61,551 bases of DNA from a virus (Duplodnaviria; Caudoviricetes). The notes below the pieces were generated by a model, which was given only the letters and a program-made list of their open reading frames with translations, was not told the DNA's origin and did not search any database. Position 1 is the first letter of the stretch. Every line of letters starts with the position of its first letter. The position numbers were made by a program, and so were the translations under genes. Location of the stretch: the IMG/VR virus record IMGVR_UViG_3300030107_003029, positions 1-61,551 of that record. One strand, given 5' to 3'. This document shows, piece after piece, positions 18,750 to 28,236 of this stretch.

Positions 18750-19362
18750 GAAAAAAAAATATACAGTTATCCGTCAAGCAATATCAAAAGACCTAGCAGC
18801 TTTTGTTGCAAATTATTTTTTAATGCAAAAACAAGTTTACGATACCTGTAGAGAACGTAGATACTTTTCACCATTTGAAACTATTATTGGATATTATGAA
18901 GGAGAAAATGAACAAATACCAAATACCTATAGTCAGTATTCTAATATGGCTATGGAAACATTACTACTTAAATGTTTACCTGATATGGAAAAAGCAACAG
19001 GGTTAAAATTATATCCAGCTTATACTTATGCACGAATCTATAAAAAAGGTGATATTCTTAAAAGACACAAAGATAGATTTAGTTGTGAGATATCTACTAC
19101 TATGAATCTTGGTGGTGATGATTGGCCTATATACCTAGAGCCATCTGGAGAAGTTGGCAAAAAAGGTGTTAGAGTAGATTTAAAACCAGGAGATATGCTG
19201 GTTTATTCTGGATGTGAGCTAGAACATTGGAGAGAAAAATTTAAGGGTAAAGAATGCGTACAAGTTTTTCTGCATTATAACAATCGTAAAACACCTGGAG
19301 CGAAAGATAATATGTTTGATAAGCGCCCTCATTTAGGTCTTCCATCTTGGTTTAAACGATGA
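18742..19362 (+). CDS. 2OG-Fe(II) oxygenase-like protein (start ATG 18742)
   Basis: YARIY..GDILKRHKDR..CEIS..PGD..Y.G..LEHWRE. Confidence 0.8.
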   Translation: MFKKKKYTVIRQAISKDLAAFVANYFLMQKQVYDTCRERRYFSPFETIIGYYEGENEQIPNTYSQYSNMAMETLLLKCLPDMEKATGLKLYPAYTYARIYKKGDILKRHKDRFSCEISTTMNLGGDDWPIYLEPSGEVGKKGVRVDLKPGDMLVYSGCELEHWREKFKGKECVQVFLHYNNRKTPGAKDNMFDKRPHLGLPSWFKR

Positions 19363-19416
19363 TATAATTCTTAGATGGAGGCAGTAGATCCACCACATAC
19401 CCTACTGTCTCCTTTT
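19360..19416 (+). ncRNA. Extended -10 promoter followed by hairpin with C-rich loop and U-tract (terminator or short RNA)
   Basis: TGaTATAAT 19360-68; stem ggaggcagtag/ctactgtctcc; loop atccaccacatacc; tttt. Confidence 0.45.
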
Positions 19417-19427
19417 AAGGATTATAT

Positions 19428-19874
19428 ATGTTAGGATTTAGTACATTTTCAGAGTTCCCATGGTCTACAGTAGGACCCGACAATAGCGTAACTCTTACAG
19501 TTTCAGGAAATGCATTAACTATCAGTATAGGTAATCCAGGAATTACAGCAGACTCTATTACAGAATTAGTAGATGGCTCAGATATTGTATTAGGAACTGG
19601 TACAGTAACTATTACAGGAGATGCTAATTTAAGTCCAAGTGGTTCCGCAGTTACTTTAGGAACAGGTACTGTTACGGTTACGGCTGGAGCAACGACCGCT
19701 GTTAGCGGAAATAGTGTTGTAATTTCTTCAGGAACTGTTACAATAACAGCAGACTCTAACCATACAGTAACGGGAAGTGGATTAACCCTTTCTACTGGTA
19801 CAGTGTCGGCAATAACATGGAGTGCAATCGTTCCAGGCGCAACAATGGTCTGGACACCAATAGACCCGAATTAA
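19428..19874 (+). CDS. Tail structural protein with Gly/Thr/Val beta repeats
   Basis: Repeated L..GTVTIT units. Confidence 0.7.
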   Translation: MLGFSTFSEFPWSTVGPDNSVTLTVSGNALTISIGNPGITADSITELVDGSDIVLGTGTVTITGDANLSPSGSAVTLGTGTVTVTAGATTAVSGNSVVISSGTVTITADSNHTVTGSGLTLSTGTVSAITWSAIVPGATMVWTPIDPN

Positions 19875-19878
19875 TATT

Positions 19879-20598
19879 ATGGCATCATCTTATTCAACTA
19901 ATGCAGGTTTAGAACTCGTTACAACTGGTGAAAAAGCTGGTTTATGGGGAGATATAACTAATACCAATTTACAAATTTTAGAACAAACAGCTACAGGTTA
20001 TCTTTCTGTCGATATGGCAGGTGCAAGTGTAACCCTTACTTTAACTAATGGCGCAACATCCAATGGTAAAAATATATATTTAAGACTTTATGGAACATTA
20101 GCCGGGGACCGAACCCTTACAATGCCAGGTACTGCTAACAGAGTTTGGATAGTAAAAGATGAAACTGTTAGAGGAACATCAAATAGAACTTTAGGAGTTT
20201 TAACTGCTTCTGGAACAACACAACCTATTCCTCCAGGTGCAACTGTTTTATGTAGATCTAACGGTACACAAACAGATGTAACAATTCTTTCACAAGGTTA
20301 TGCAACTATTACTGATTCTAATAGCCCTTATACATCGGTAGCAGGAGCTCAAATTTTTGCTAATACCACAGCCAACCCAATAACAATAAACTTACCTGCA
20401 TCACCAACTGTTGGAGATGAAGTTAGTGTTTTAGATACAAGAGGTACTTGGAATTCAAACAATTGTACTATAGGAAGAAATGGCCAACCAATTAATTCGG
20501 CAACATCTGATTTAACTTTAAACACAAATGGTCAAGCCATCACCCTAGTGTATGTAGATGCGACTAGAGGCTGGGCTTATAAGACCAATACAGCTTAG
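19879..20598 (+). CDS. Tail fibre/spike base protein
   Basis: MASSYS..GEKAG.WG..TN.N; C-terminal gp34-like repeat (LPASPTVGD). Confidence 0.75.
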   Translation: MASSYSTNAGLELVTTGEKAGLWGDITNTNLQILEQTATGYLSVDMAGASVTLTLTNGATSNGKNIYLRLYGTLAGDRTLTMPGTANRVWIVKDETVRGTSNRTLGVLTASGTTQPIPPGATVLCRSNGTQTDVTILSQGYATITDSNSPYTSVAGAQIFANTTANPITINLPASPTVGDEVSVLDTRGTWNSNNCTIGRNGQPINSATSDLTLNTNGQAITLVYVDATRGWAYKTNTA

Positions 20599-20609
20599 GG
20601 GCTACACTT

Positions 20610-22844
20610 ATGGCTCTTGTCAATTTTAAATTCTTACCGGGAATTGATAAACAGGATACTCCTTCTGGTGCAGAAAACCGTTGGGTTGATTCTGATAAAG
20701 CAAGATTTAGATATGGCTTACCTGAAAAAGTAGGAGGATGGTCTTCTCTTTTAGCAAGTACAGTTTGTGGTGTAGCGAGAAAAGTACACGGCTTTAGTGA
20801 TCTTGACGGAAATAAATATGTAGCAATGGGAACCGATAAATTCTTATTGATTTATTTTGAAGGAACGATTTATGATATTACTCCTTGGAGAAGTAATAAT
20901 GCAGGAACTCAAACTACATTTACAGGTTCAACTTTAACTACCAATAGCACCGCTCCTGGAACTTCAATTACTATTACTACTACTTCTAATCATGGATTAG
21001 TTATAGGAGATATTGTTGTTTTAGATTCAGTTACAATGCCAACTTCATCAGGTTTATCTGCTACTTTATTTGAAGATAAACTTTGTCAAGTTATTACAGT
21101 TCCAACATCAACTACTTTTACTATTACTTCACCAAGCGCTGAAACAGGTGGAGGAGGTTCCAATTTAACTTCTGGAAGTTCGTGTGTTGTACAACCTTAC
21201 CAATCTGTAGGACCCGCTGCTCAAACTTATGGATATGGATTTGGTGTTGGGAATTATGGTGGAACGATTACAGGAGCTCAAACAAATGATTTAGATGGTG
21301 CTTTATTAAACGATACTAACGGAACAGGTGGAGCTGGTACTAGTATTACATTAACATCTACTACAGGATTTCCAACAGGAGGAGGTACAATTCTAGTTGA
21401 TTCAGAATTAATTACTTATAGTGGAGTAGCGGGTGCTAATTTAACAGGAATTACTAGGGGGCAAAAAGGAACACCCACAGCTGCTCATAGTGATGAGGCA
21501 ATAGTTTATAATGCAACTGATTATACAGGATGGGGAGATGCAGTAAACGCTTCTGATCTTACACTAGAACCAGGGCTTTGGTCTTTAAATAACTGGGGTT
21601 CTGTTTTAGTTGCAACGATTGCAAATGGAAAAACATTTACTTGGGATGCATCAATTGCTAATAGATTTACGGCTCGCGCTTCAACGACTACTAACAATTA
21701 TGCTACAGCCATTACTGCAAGCGGTGGAAACCCAACGGCAAGTAGAGTAACTATTGTTTCTCCAACAACAAGACACTTAATTCATCTAGGAACAGAAACC
21801 ACTATTGGAACACCATCAACTCAAGATGATATGTTTATTAGGTTCTCAGACCAAGAAGATATAAATGTATATACGCCCACTGTAACTAATGCGGCAGGTT
21901 CACAAAGACTCCAAGATGGAACTAAAATTATGGGAGCCATTGTAGCTAAAGAAAATATTCTAGTATGGACTGATAATGCATTGTATTCAATGAAGTTTGT
22001 TGGAGCCCCATTTACATTTGGATTTGAACAAGTTGGAACTAACTGTGGATTAATAGGAATGAATGCCGCCGTTGAAGTAGACGGGGTTGCCTATTGGATT
22101 AGTAATAATGGTTTCTTTATGTTTGATGGTACCGTTAAAACTTTAACAGCTTCTGTTGAAGATTATGTTTATAATGATTTTGCTACAACTAAAGGTCAAC
22201 AAGTTTATGCAGGAATTAATAATTTATTTAGTGAAGTTGTTTGGTATTACCCGTCAGCGGGTTCAACTTATAATGATAGATATGTAGTATTTAATTATGG
22301 GGAATCTAATCCTCAACAAGGCCTTGTTTGGTATACAGGAACCGAAGCTAGAACTAGCTGGATTGATGCTATTGTTTATCCTAAACCTTATGCAACTAAA
22401 TTTGATAGCACTGGAACAGGAACCTTTCCGAGTATCGTAGGAGAAACAGGATTAGGACAGACTACTTTCTATGAACACGAAGTAGGAACTGACCAAATCA
22501 ATCCTGATGGTACTACAACTGCCATTACATCTTATATTAAATCCTATGATTTTGACCTTGATCTTCAAGGTGATGGAGAATTTTTTCTTTCTATTAGTAG
22601 GGTTTTACCTAATTTTAAAACACTAACAGGGACTGCTACCTTTACTATGGGTATAAAAGCATATCCATCAGATACTCAAACTACTAGCCCTTACAGTCCT
22701 TTTAGTGTAACATCATCAACACAAAAATTTAATACTCGTGCAAGGGGTAGATTCGGCAATGTTAAAATTGAGAATCAATCAGCAGGCGAGGATTGGAGAT
22801 TTGGAACATTAAGGGTCGATATCAGACCTGACGGGAGAAGATAA
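20610..22844 (+). CDS. Tail tube/nozzle (P22 gp10 / T7 gp12-like stabilisation protein)
   Basis: IRFSDQED, ILVWTD, NCGLIG, F.EV.WYYP, ends RVDIRPDGRR. Confidence 0.8.
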   Translation: MALVNFKFLPGIDKQDTPSGAENRWVDSDKARFRYGLPEKVGGWSSLLASTVCGVARKVHGFSDLDGNKYVAMGTDKFLLIYFEGTIYDITPWRSNNAGTQTTFTGSTLTTNSTAPGTSITITTTSNHGLVIGDIVVLDSVTMPTSSGLSATLFEDKLCQVITVPTSTTFTITSPSAETGGGGSNLTSGSSCVVQPYQSVGPAAQTYGYGFGVGNYGGTITGAQTNDLDGALLNDTNGTGGAGTSITLTSTTGFPTGGGTILVDSELITYSGVAGANLTGITRGQKGTPTAAHSDEAIVYNATDYTGWGDAVNASDLTLEPGLWSLNNWGSVLVATIANGKTFTWDASIANRFTARASTTTNNYATAITASGGNPTASRVTIVSPTTRHLIHLGTETTIGTPSTQDDMFIRFSDQEDINVYTPTVTNAAGSQRLQDGTKIMGAIVAKENILVWTDNALYSMKFVGAPFTFGFEQVGTNCGLIGMNAAVEVDGVAYWISNNGFFMFDGTVKTLTASVEDYVYNDFATTKGQQVYAGINNLFSEVVWYYPSAGSTYNDRYVVFNYGESNPQQGLVWYTGTEARTSWIDAIVYPKPYATKFDSTGTGTFPSIVGETGLGQTTFYEHEVGTDQINPDGTTTAITSYIKSYDFDLDLQGDGEFFLSISRVLPNFKTLTGTATFTMGIKAYPSDTQTTSPYSPFSVTSSTQKFNTRARGRFGNVKIENQSAGEDWRFGTLRVDIRPDGRR

Positions 22845-24052
22845 TGGTCGCAATACCTAATATGAATTGGATGGGTAATGAACCCACTGGAAGTGCCTAC
22901 GATGTTTATCGTTATTATATGGGAGGTGGAAACCCAGATGCTAACGCAGGTGGCGGAGGTGGTGGAGGAACCACTGGAATCATGCAAGCTTTTCCAACTA
23001 GCGGTGGAGATGGTGGTTTTAATCCATACTCTCCTAATGCTAATGTAAACACAAACTACACACCTAACTACGACTTTAGACAATTTTCAGAATATGGGGC
23101 TAATCCAAGTACAATGGATAGAAAACAAATGGACATGAACCAAGAATTTTTTTATGGAAAAACTCCTTCAGCACTCCAAAGGAAAATGAGTAATATTATG
23201 AATTTTATACCGGGTGTTGGTGCGTTTAAAAGAGGTGCAGAATTTTTAGGGGATAAACTCCAAGGTATACTCCCTGTAAACCAAAGAGCTATTTTTGAAA
23301 ACGAATTAAGAGGATCAGGTGTTTATACTGATGATATTGGGAGAATTGCAATAGGACCAGACGGTAAATATAATACACCAGAAGGAATCATGGCTGGATA
23401 TAATGCCAATCAAATGACTGATAAAACTTTTGATAAAAGAACAGGTAAGATATCAGAAACATTGGGAAATAAATATGGCATAAGTACAGAAGACATACAA
23501 GGAATAATGGATGGAACAATTAGCGATGAAGAGATAGAAGCTAAATATGGAATAACAACTAATCTAACTAGTAATTTAAAAAATATAAATTTAGCAAAAA
23601 AAAATTGGCAAAAGAAAAAGGAATACTCAAATAAGATAGCTGAGTATGAAAAACAGAAAAGAGAAGAAAAGAAAAAAGAAAAAGCAGCAGCTAAATCGAG
23701 GGCAGAATCAAAGCGACAATATGATCCCAATAAACACGGACCAACTAATTATGGATTAGGTAGTGATGGTAAGCAATCTTATGATACAGGACAAGGATTT
23801 GGGGCTCATGCAACAAGCGGCGGTCCTGTAAGTAATAGAACAGGTAGAGGAAGAACTGATTGGGCTGAAGGCGGAATGATAGACCCAGATTTAAGTAAAG
23901 ACGCAGAATATTTAGGATGGAAAAAAGTATATAAAATGAATCCAGAGTTAGGTTCTATGCATGAAAAACATCCAACCTTTATTAAGTTTTATAAAAAACA
24001 TGAACGAGATCAGAAAAAATTTGGAGGTCTAGCAGGATTATTATATGGCTAA
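22844..24052 (+). CDS. Putative internal virion protein with xxGG motifs
   Basis: WAEGGMI, KKFGGLAGLL; low complexity. Confidence 0.6.
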   Translation: MVAIPNMNWMGNEPTGSAYDVYRYYMGGGNPDANAGGGGGGGTTGIMQAFPTSGGDGGFNPYSPNANVNTNYTPNYDFRQFSEYGANPSTMDRKQMDMNQEFFYGKTPSALQRKMSNIMNFIPGVGAFKRGAEFLGDKLQGILPVNQRAIFENELRGSGVYTDDIGRIAIGPDGKYNTPEGIMAGYNANQMTDKTFDKRTGKISETLGNKYGISTEDIQGIMDGTISDEEIEAKYGITTNLTSNLKNINLAKKNWQKKKEYSNKIAEYEKQKREEKKKEKAAAKSRAESKRQYDPNKHGPTNYGLGSDGKQSYDTGQGFGAHATSGGPVSNRTGRGRTDWAEGGMIDPDLSKDAEYLGWKKVYKMNPELGSMHEKHPTFIKFYKKHERDQKKFGGLAGLLYG

Positions 24053-24209
24053 AATTATTGTAAGAGTCCCTGAACCTAAACCACAATATGAAGTTGACAA
24101 CCAACGTCAAATTTCTAGATCAATTACTTCAATGGTGGAACAATTAAACTCAACATTTTTAACTCAGGAAAAAGAGGAACAGGAAAGATTTAATTTCTTT
24201 TTATCATAA
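24045..24209 (+). CDS. 54-aa tail-associated protein (missed by ORF track), MAKIIVRVPEP...RFNFFLS
   Basis: Fills gap; stop overlaps next ATG. Confidence 0.75.
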   Translation: MAKIIVRVPEPKPQYEVDNQRQISRSITSMVEQLNSTFLTQEKEEQERFNFFLS

Positions 24210-24544
24210 TGGCTAATGTCTATACCAATATTCAATCACAAATCAGTGCATCAGGATCAGATGTTGATATGTATGAGTCTCCAGATGCAACGACAAGTAT
24301 TGTTAAAACAATTAAGTTATACAACACGCACGGGAGTGCTTTAGATGTGACCATTAAAGTATATGATGCCTCTAGTACTACTGATTTTGAATATGATGTG
24401 GCAAACGTTACGCCTAGTAAAGGCGTAGATGTCTTGACGTTTAATAACATATTGATACTAGAAGCAGGAGATAAATTAAAAATGCAGACTACTCAGACTA
24501 ATGTGATTAAAATGACAGCTGCAGTATTACAAATAAGTAGATAA
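24209..24544 (+). CDS. Tail-associated small beta protein
   Basis: LILEAGDKLK pattern; coupled. Confidence 0.75.
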   Translation: MANVYTNIQSQISASGSDVDMYESPDATTSIVKTIKLYNTHGSALDVTIKVYDASSTTDFEYDVANVTPSKGVDVLTFNNILILEAGDKLKMQTTQTNVIKMTAAVLQISR

Positions 24545-24545
24545 T

Positions 24546-24794
24546 ATGCCATTTATAGAAACAGAAGCTAAGATAGAATACAAGAAAATTAACGGTAAAA
24601 GAACGGCTGTTATTACGCCTGAATGTCAGATTACTTTAAAAAACCTTGAAACAGGACAGGAATATATGTCAGACGCTGAAGCTGATGCTGATGTAGATAA
24701 CCCTGAAACACCAACAAAGAGAGAGCATATCTCCCGAAGCGTGGAGATTAAGGTTGAAGATATCGATCTAGGTTCTCAAACAGGGGAGTTGTAA
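24546..24794 (+). CDS. Hypothetical protein
   Basis: Coupled ORF. Confidence 0.7.
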   Translation: MPFIETEAKIEYKKINGKRTAVITPECQITLKNLETGQEYMSDAEADADVDNPETPTKREHISRSVEIKVEDIDLGSQTGEL

Positions 24795-24825
24795 AATATA
24801 ACAAAATAGGATAATTTAATAAACT

Positions 24826-26052
24826 ATGCCAATTTCACGAATGCAAAATCCAAGACAATTATACGGACTAGGGAGTCTAGTTAAAAAGATTACCCGTCCA
24901 ATTAAGAAAATCTTTAAAAGCCCTATAGGAAAAGCGGCAATGTTAGGGCTTGGAGCCTATGGATTAGGTGGAGGATTCGGTGCAGGTGGATTTAAATTTG
25001 CAAATATTCCAGGATTTACAGCAGGAAAAAATTTTCTTATGGGTTCTCCCTTGGGTTATAAATCAGCCGCTGGTTCAGTGGCTAGAAGTCCAGGCTTATT
25101 TAGTAAGATAGGAAGTATGTTTGGAAAAGGTTCGATAGGTAAAGGAGCCATGGCCCTTGGACTTGGAGGCGGTCTAGCTAGTCTATTAGCTAAACAACCT
25201 GAAGAAGAGGAAGTAGAATACATTGACAGAATTAGAACTTTAAAACCTTATCTAGAAAAATATTATAAGAATGCAAACCCAACTGCTTCTGATGAAGATT
25301 TAGAAGATTTCTTAACTACTAACTTATCTGAATACGGAGAAGGCGGTGCTAAGGATGGTGGTCTGATTGGTTATCAAGAAGGTGGCCCGGTCGAGGAAGA
25401 AGAGATCGCGGACCAGGAAACAATAACAGAAGATGTTCCAACACCAACTGGAATGGAAAAATTACAAGAGACTTTAACAGAAGTAGCTAAAGTATTATAC
25501 AGAGCAACGCCTGTGGGTGCAGCTATGTTTACTTATGACGAAGCAAAGAAAATTTATGATGGCCTTCCTGATATTTCAAAAGAAATGATACATAGAATTG
25601 GAAAAACTGTTGCTATGATGACACCTCTCGGTATGGCTTCAGCAGGAGCAAAAGGATTAGCAACTCTATTAAGAGGTGGAATGGAAGAAGGTGAAGCTCA
25701 AGATACTCTAGGACATAGAGAAAAAAGAAAAAGAAAAGCAGAGAAAAAAGATAAAGTAGGAGATCTTATAGATCAAGGGGCTTCGTTTGAAGAAGCTGTA
25801 GATATTACTACTAGACAAGGAGCAGCTACAGGAGGTCTTATGGATCTAGGTGGCTATGAAAAAGATTATAGAATGGGAGGATTTGTTCCTTTAGGCAAAA
25901 AAGAAAAAGCAGATGATGTTCCTGCAAGATTAAGCAAAAATGAATTCGTCTTCACGGCAGACGCAGTAAGAGCCGCAGGTGGAGGAAGCGTTGATAAAGG
26001 CGCCCAAAAGATGTATGATACAATGAAACGATTAGAAAATAGGGTAGCATAA
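24826..26052 (+). CDS. Internal virion/ejection protein
   Basis: Gly/Ala-rich amphipathic N-terminus, xxGG motifs, C-terminal DDVPARLSKNEFVFTADAV. Confidence 0.7.
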   Translation: MPISRMQNPRQLYGLGSLVKKITRPIKKIFKSPIGKAAMLGLGAYGLGGGFGAGGFKFANIPGFTAGKNFLMGSPLGYKSAAGSVARSPGLFSKIGSMFGKGSIGKGAMALGLGGGLASLLAKQPEEEEVEYIDRIRTLKPYLEKYYKNANPTASDEDLEDFLTTNLSEYGEGGAKDGGLIGYQEGGPVEEEEIADQETITEDVPTPTGMEKLQETLTEVAKVLYRATPVGAAMFTYDEAKKIYDGLPDISKEMIHRIGKTVAMMTPLGMASAGAKGLATLLRGGMEEGEAQDTLGHREKRKRKAEKKDKVGDLIDQGASFEEAVDITTRQGAATGGLMDLGGYEKDYRMGGFVPLGKKEKADDVPARLSKNEFVFTADAVRAAGGGSVDKGAQKMYDTMKRLENRVA

Positions 26053-26987
26053 TGGCAGATATTTCAACTACACGACAATTACCAGCACAGTTTATAGAAG
26101 CATTAGGTAAAACATATTCAGATCAACTTACTAAACAAGTTGGTCAACCAGTTACAACTACAGCTGCAACTCAACAACCAGGAGAGTCAGCAGCTCAATG
26201 GGCACAAAGACAAAAGGCGGCTCAACAATTTGGAATTACAAAAGCAGGAATGGCAGAACTTGCACCGCAAGTTGCAGGTCAAGACTGGTTACAAACTAAA
26301 GCAGCAGATCTTGCTAAATCAGGAATTGGTGCTTATCAACCTTATGTAACAGCAGCAGAGTCTGCTCTTACTAAAGCAGGCGGACTAACAGGTGCGGATG
26401 CTTATAAAGATTTTATGTCTCCTTATCAAAAGGATGTCATCGATGCAACGCTACAAGATTTTGATAAACAAGCAGCTATCAATAGAAATAAAATTGGACA
26501 AAGTGCTATGTCCGCAGGAGCATTCGGTGGAGCAAGACACGGTGTTCAATCTGCTGAATACCAATCACAATCAGATTTAAACAGAGCAGCATTACAAGCA
26601 AAAATGTTACAACAAGGTTTTGGTCAAGCACAACAAGGAGCACAGACAGCTTTTGGTCAACAGCAACAATTAGCAACAGCACAACAAGGTTTAGGACAAT
26701 TCTTACCAGGAGCTCAAAGAGCAGACATTCAAACTCTAGGTTCAGTTGGTGGAGTACAACAAGCACAAACTCAAGCAGGCTTAGATGCTTCAAGACAAGC
26801 AGCACAAATGGCTGTTGATGAACCTTACAAACGATTAGGAATCTTTGGTCAAGGGGTAACTGGAATGATGGGTGGTATGCAGAACTTCGGTCAAACGACT
26901 ACAACGCAACCATCAGCAAGTCCATTACAAAGTGCATTAGGAATTGGAACTAGCTTAGCTGGAATCTACGGAGCATTAAGAAATTAA
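26052..26987 (+). CDS. DNA ejection protein (Gln/Ala-rich)
   Basis: FMSPYQ..VID, AGAFGG.R, hydrophobic Gly-rich C-terminus. Confidence 0.7.
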   Translation: MADISTTRQLPAQFIEALGKTYSDQLTKQVGQPVTTTAATQQPGESAAQWAQRQKAAQQFGITKAGMAELAPQVAGQDWLQTKAADLAKSGIGAYQPYVTAAESALTKAGGLTGADAYKDFMSPYQKDVIDATLQDFDKQAAINRNKIGQSAMSAGAFGGARHGVQSAEYQSQSDLNRAALQAKMLQQGFGQAQQGAQTAFGQQQQLATAQQGLGQFLPGAQRADIQTLGSVGGVQQAQTQAGLDASRQAAQMAVDEPYKRLGIFGQGVTGMMGGMQNFGQTTTTQPSASPLQSALGIGTSLAGIYGALRN

Positions 26988-28223
26988 ATGGCAGAGAGAA
27001 TTTTAAAAAGACCTATGTTCAGAAGGGGTGGGTCTGCTAACGAAGGCATTATGACTGGGTTAGTAGATAGATCAGCCCATGCTGATGGTAATATGGTTGG
27101 TATTAATTCTTTAGTTCGACCGGGTTATGCTGAAGGAGACAGTGTTAAAGAATCTCAATCTTGGTGGAAAGATGCATTAGATATTCCACCAGCACCTTAT
27201 GGTGAAATGACTCGAGAGCAAGCAGAAGATTATTTATATGACTACTCTTCATTAGGAGATGCAGTTGATTCTGCGGGAAGATCCTTAATAGGTTGGAGTG
27301 CAGACGCTGCAGGTAACTATGTAGCCAATCCTCTAACACATGTTTGGAATTGGGCTACAGGTATGGATATACCAACTCCTGTTTATAACACTAAAGAGGA
27401 AACAATTGATAGATGGTCTGGAACTAAAAGAGATGAAGCAGGAAATATTATTTCAGATGAAGTTACAGAAGTAGTAAGACCTGGTGAAAATGAACAAGGA
27501 ACTAGAGAAGGTGACAAAATAATTGATACAACTAAACAAGTAACTATCGGCGACAATACAAGAGAGAGTGATGTCAAAGCTATCTACGAAGATATATTAC
27601 CATTGTTACAATCCACAATGGGTGTTGATGATAGCGAAATGAATAGACAAAAATATTTAGAACTAGCAAAATTTGGTGCTAACTTAATGGCACAACCAGG
27701 AGGTTCTTTAACTAGAGCAATAGGTAAAGCAGCAGAACAACCATTAGAAGGTTTAACTAGAATTGCAGAGACTAAAAGAAAAGGTGATAGAGTTCCTGCT
27801 GAACTTGCAATGAAGATTGCATTACAAGAAACAGAATCAGGTCCTGTAGGAAAACAAATAAGAGATCTTAAAAAGATTTACCCTCAAAGAAAAGGTGAAA
27901 GCGTTGCTGAATGGAATAAGAGAATTGGTGATAAAGTCCTTGAAAGAGGAACGGCGACTAGAGAGGCTACAGCTGAGGGTAGAGTAAAAATGAATACTGA
28001 CATTTTAATTTCATCAAATATTTTTAAAACTGAAGCAGAAGCAGCCAAAGTAGCACGAGCAATTGATAACACTGGACTAGATATTACTTATTTTGAAATG
28101 TGGCCTAAAGATAAAGCAGAGGCAGTAGACGGGCAACATTATTACACTAAGGATGGAAAATTAAAATTAGTTAAAGATAAAAAAGTTTTAACATGGGATC
28201 CTAAATCCAAAAAATTTAAATAA
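26988..28223 (+). CDS. Internal virion/ejection protein
   Basis: RPMFRRGG start; in ejection cluster. Confidence 0.65.
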   Translation: MAERILKRPMFRRGGSANEGIMTGLVDRSAHADGNMVGINSLVRPGYAEGDSVKESQSWWKDALDIPPAPYGEMTREQAEDYLYDYSSLGDAVDSAGRSLIGWSADAAGNYVANPLTHVWNWATGMDIPTPVYNTKEETIDRWSGTKRDEAGNIISDEVTEVVRPGENEQGTREGDKIIDTTKQVTIGDNTRESDVKAIYEDILPLLQSTMGVDDSEMNRQKYLELAKFGANLMAQPGGSLTRAIGKAAEQPLEGLTRIAETKRKGDRVPAELAMKIALQETESGPVGKQIRDLKKIYPQRKGESVAEWNKRIGDKVLERGTATREATAEGRVKMNTDILISSNIFKTEAEAAKVARAIDNTGLDITYFEMWPKDKAEAVDGQHYYTKDGKLKLVKDKKVLTWDPKSKKFK

Positions 28224-28236
28224 GTGAGGAGGCCTA

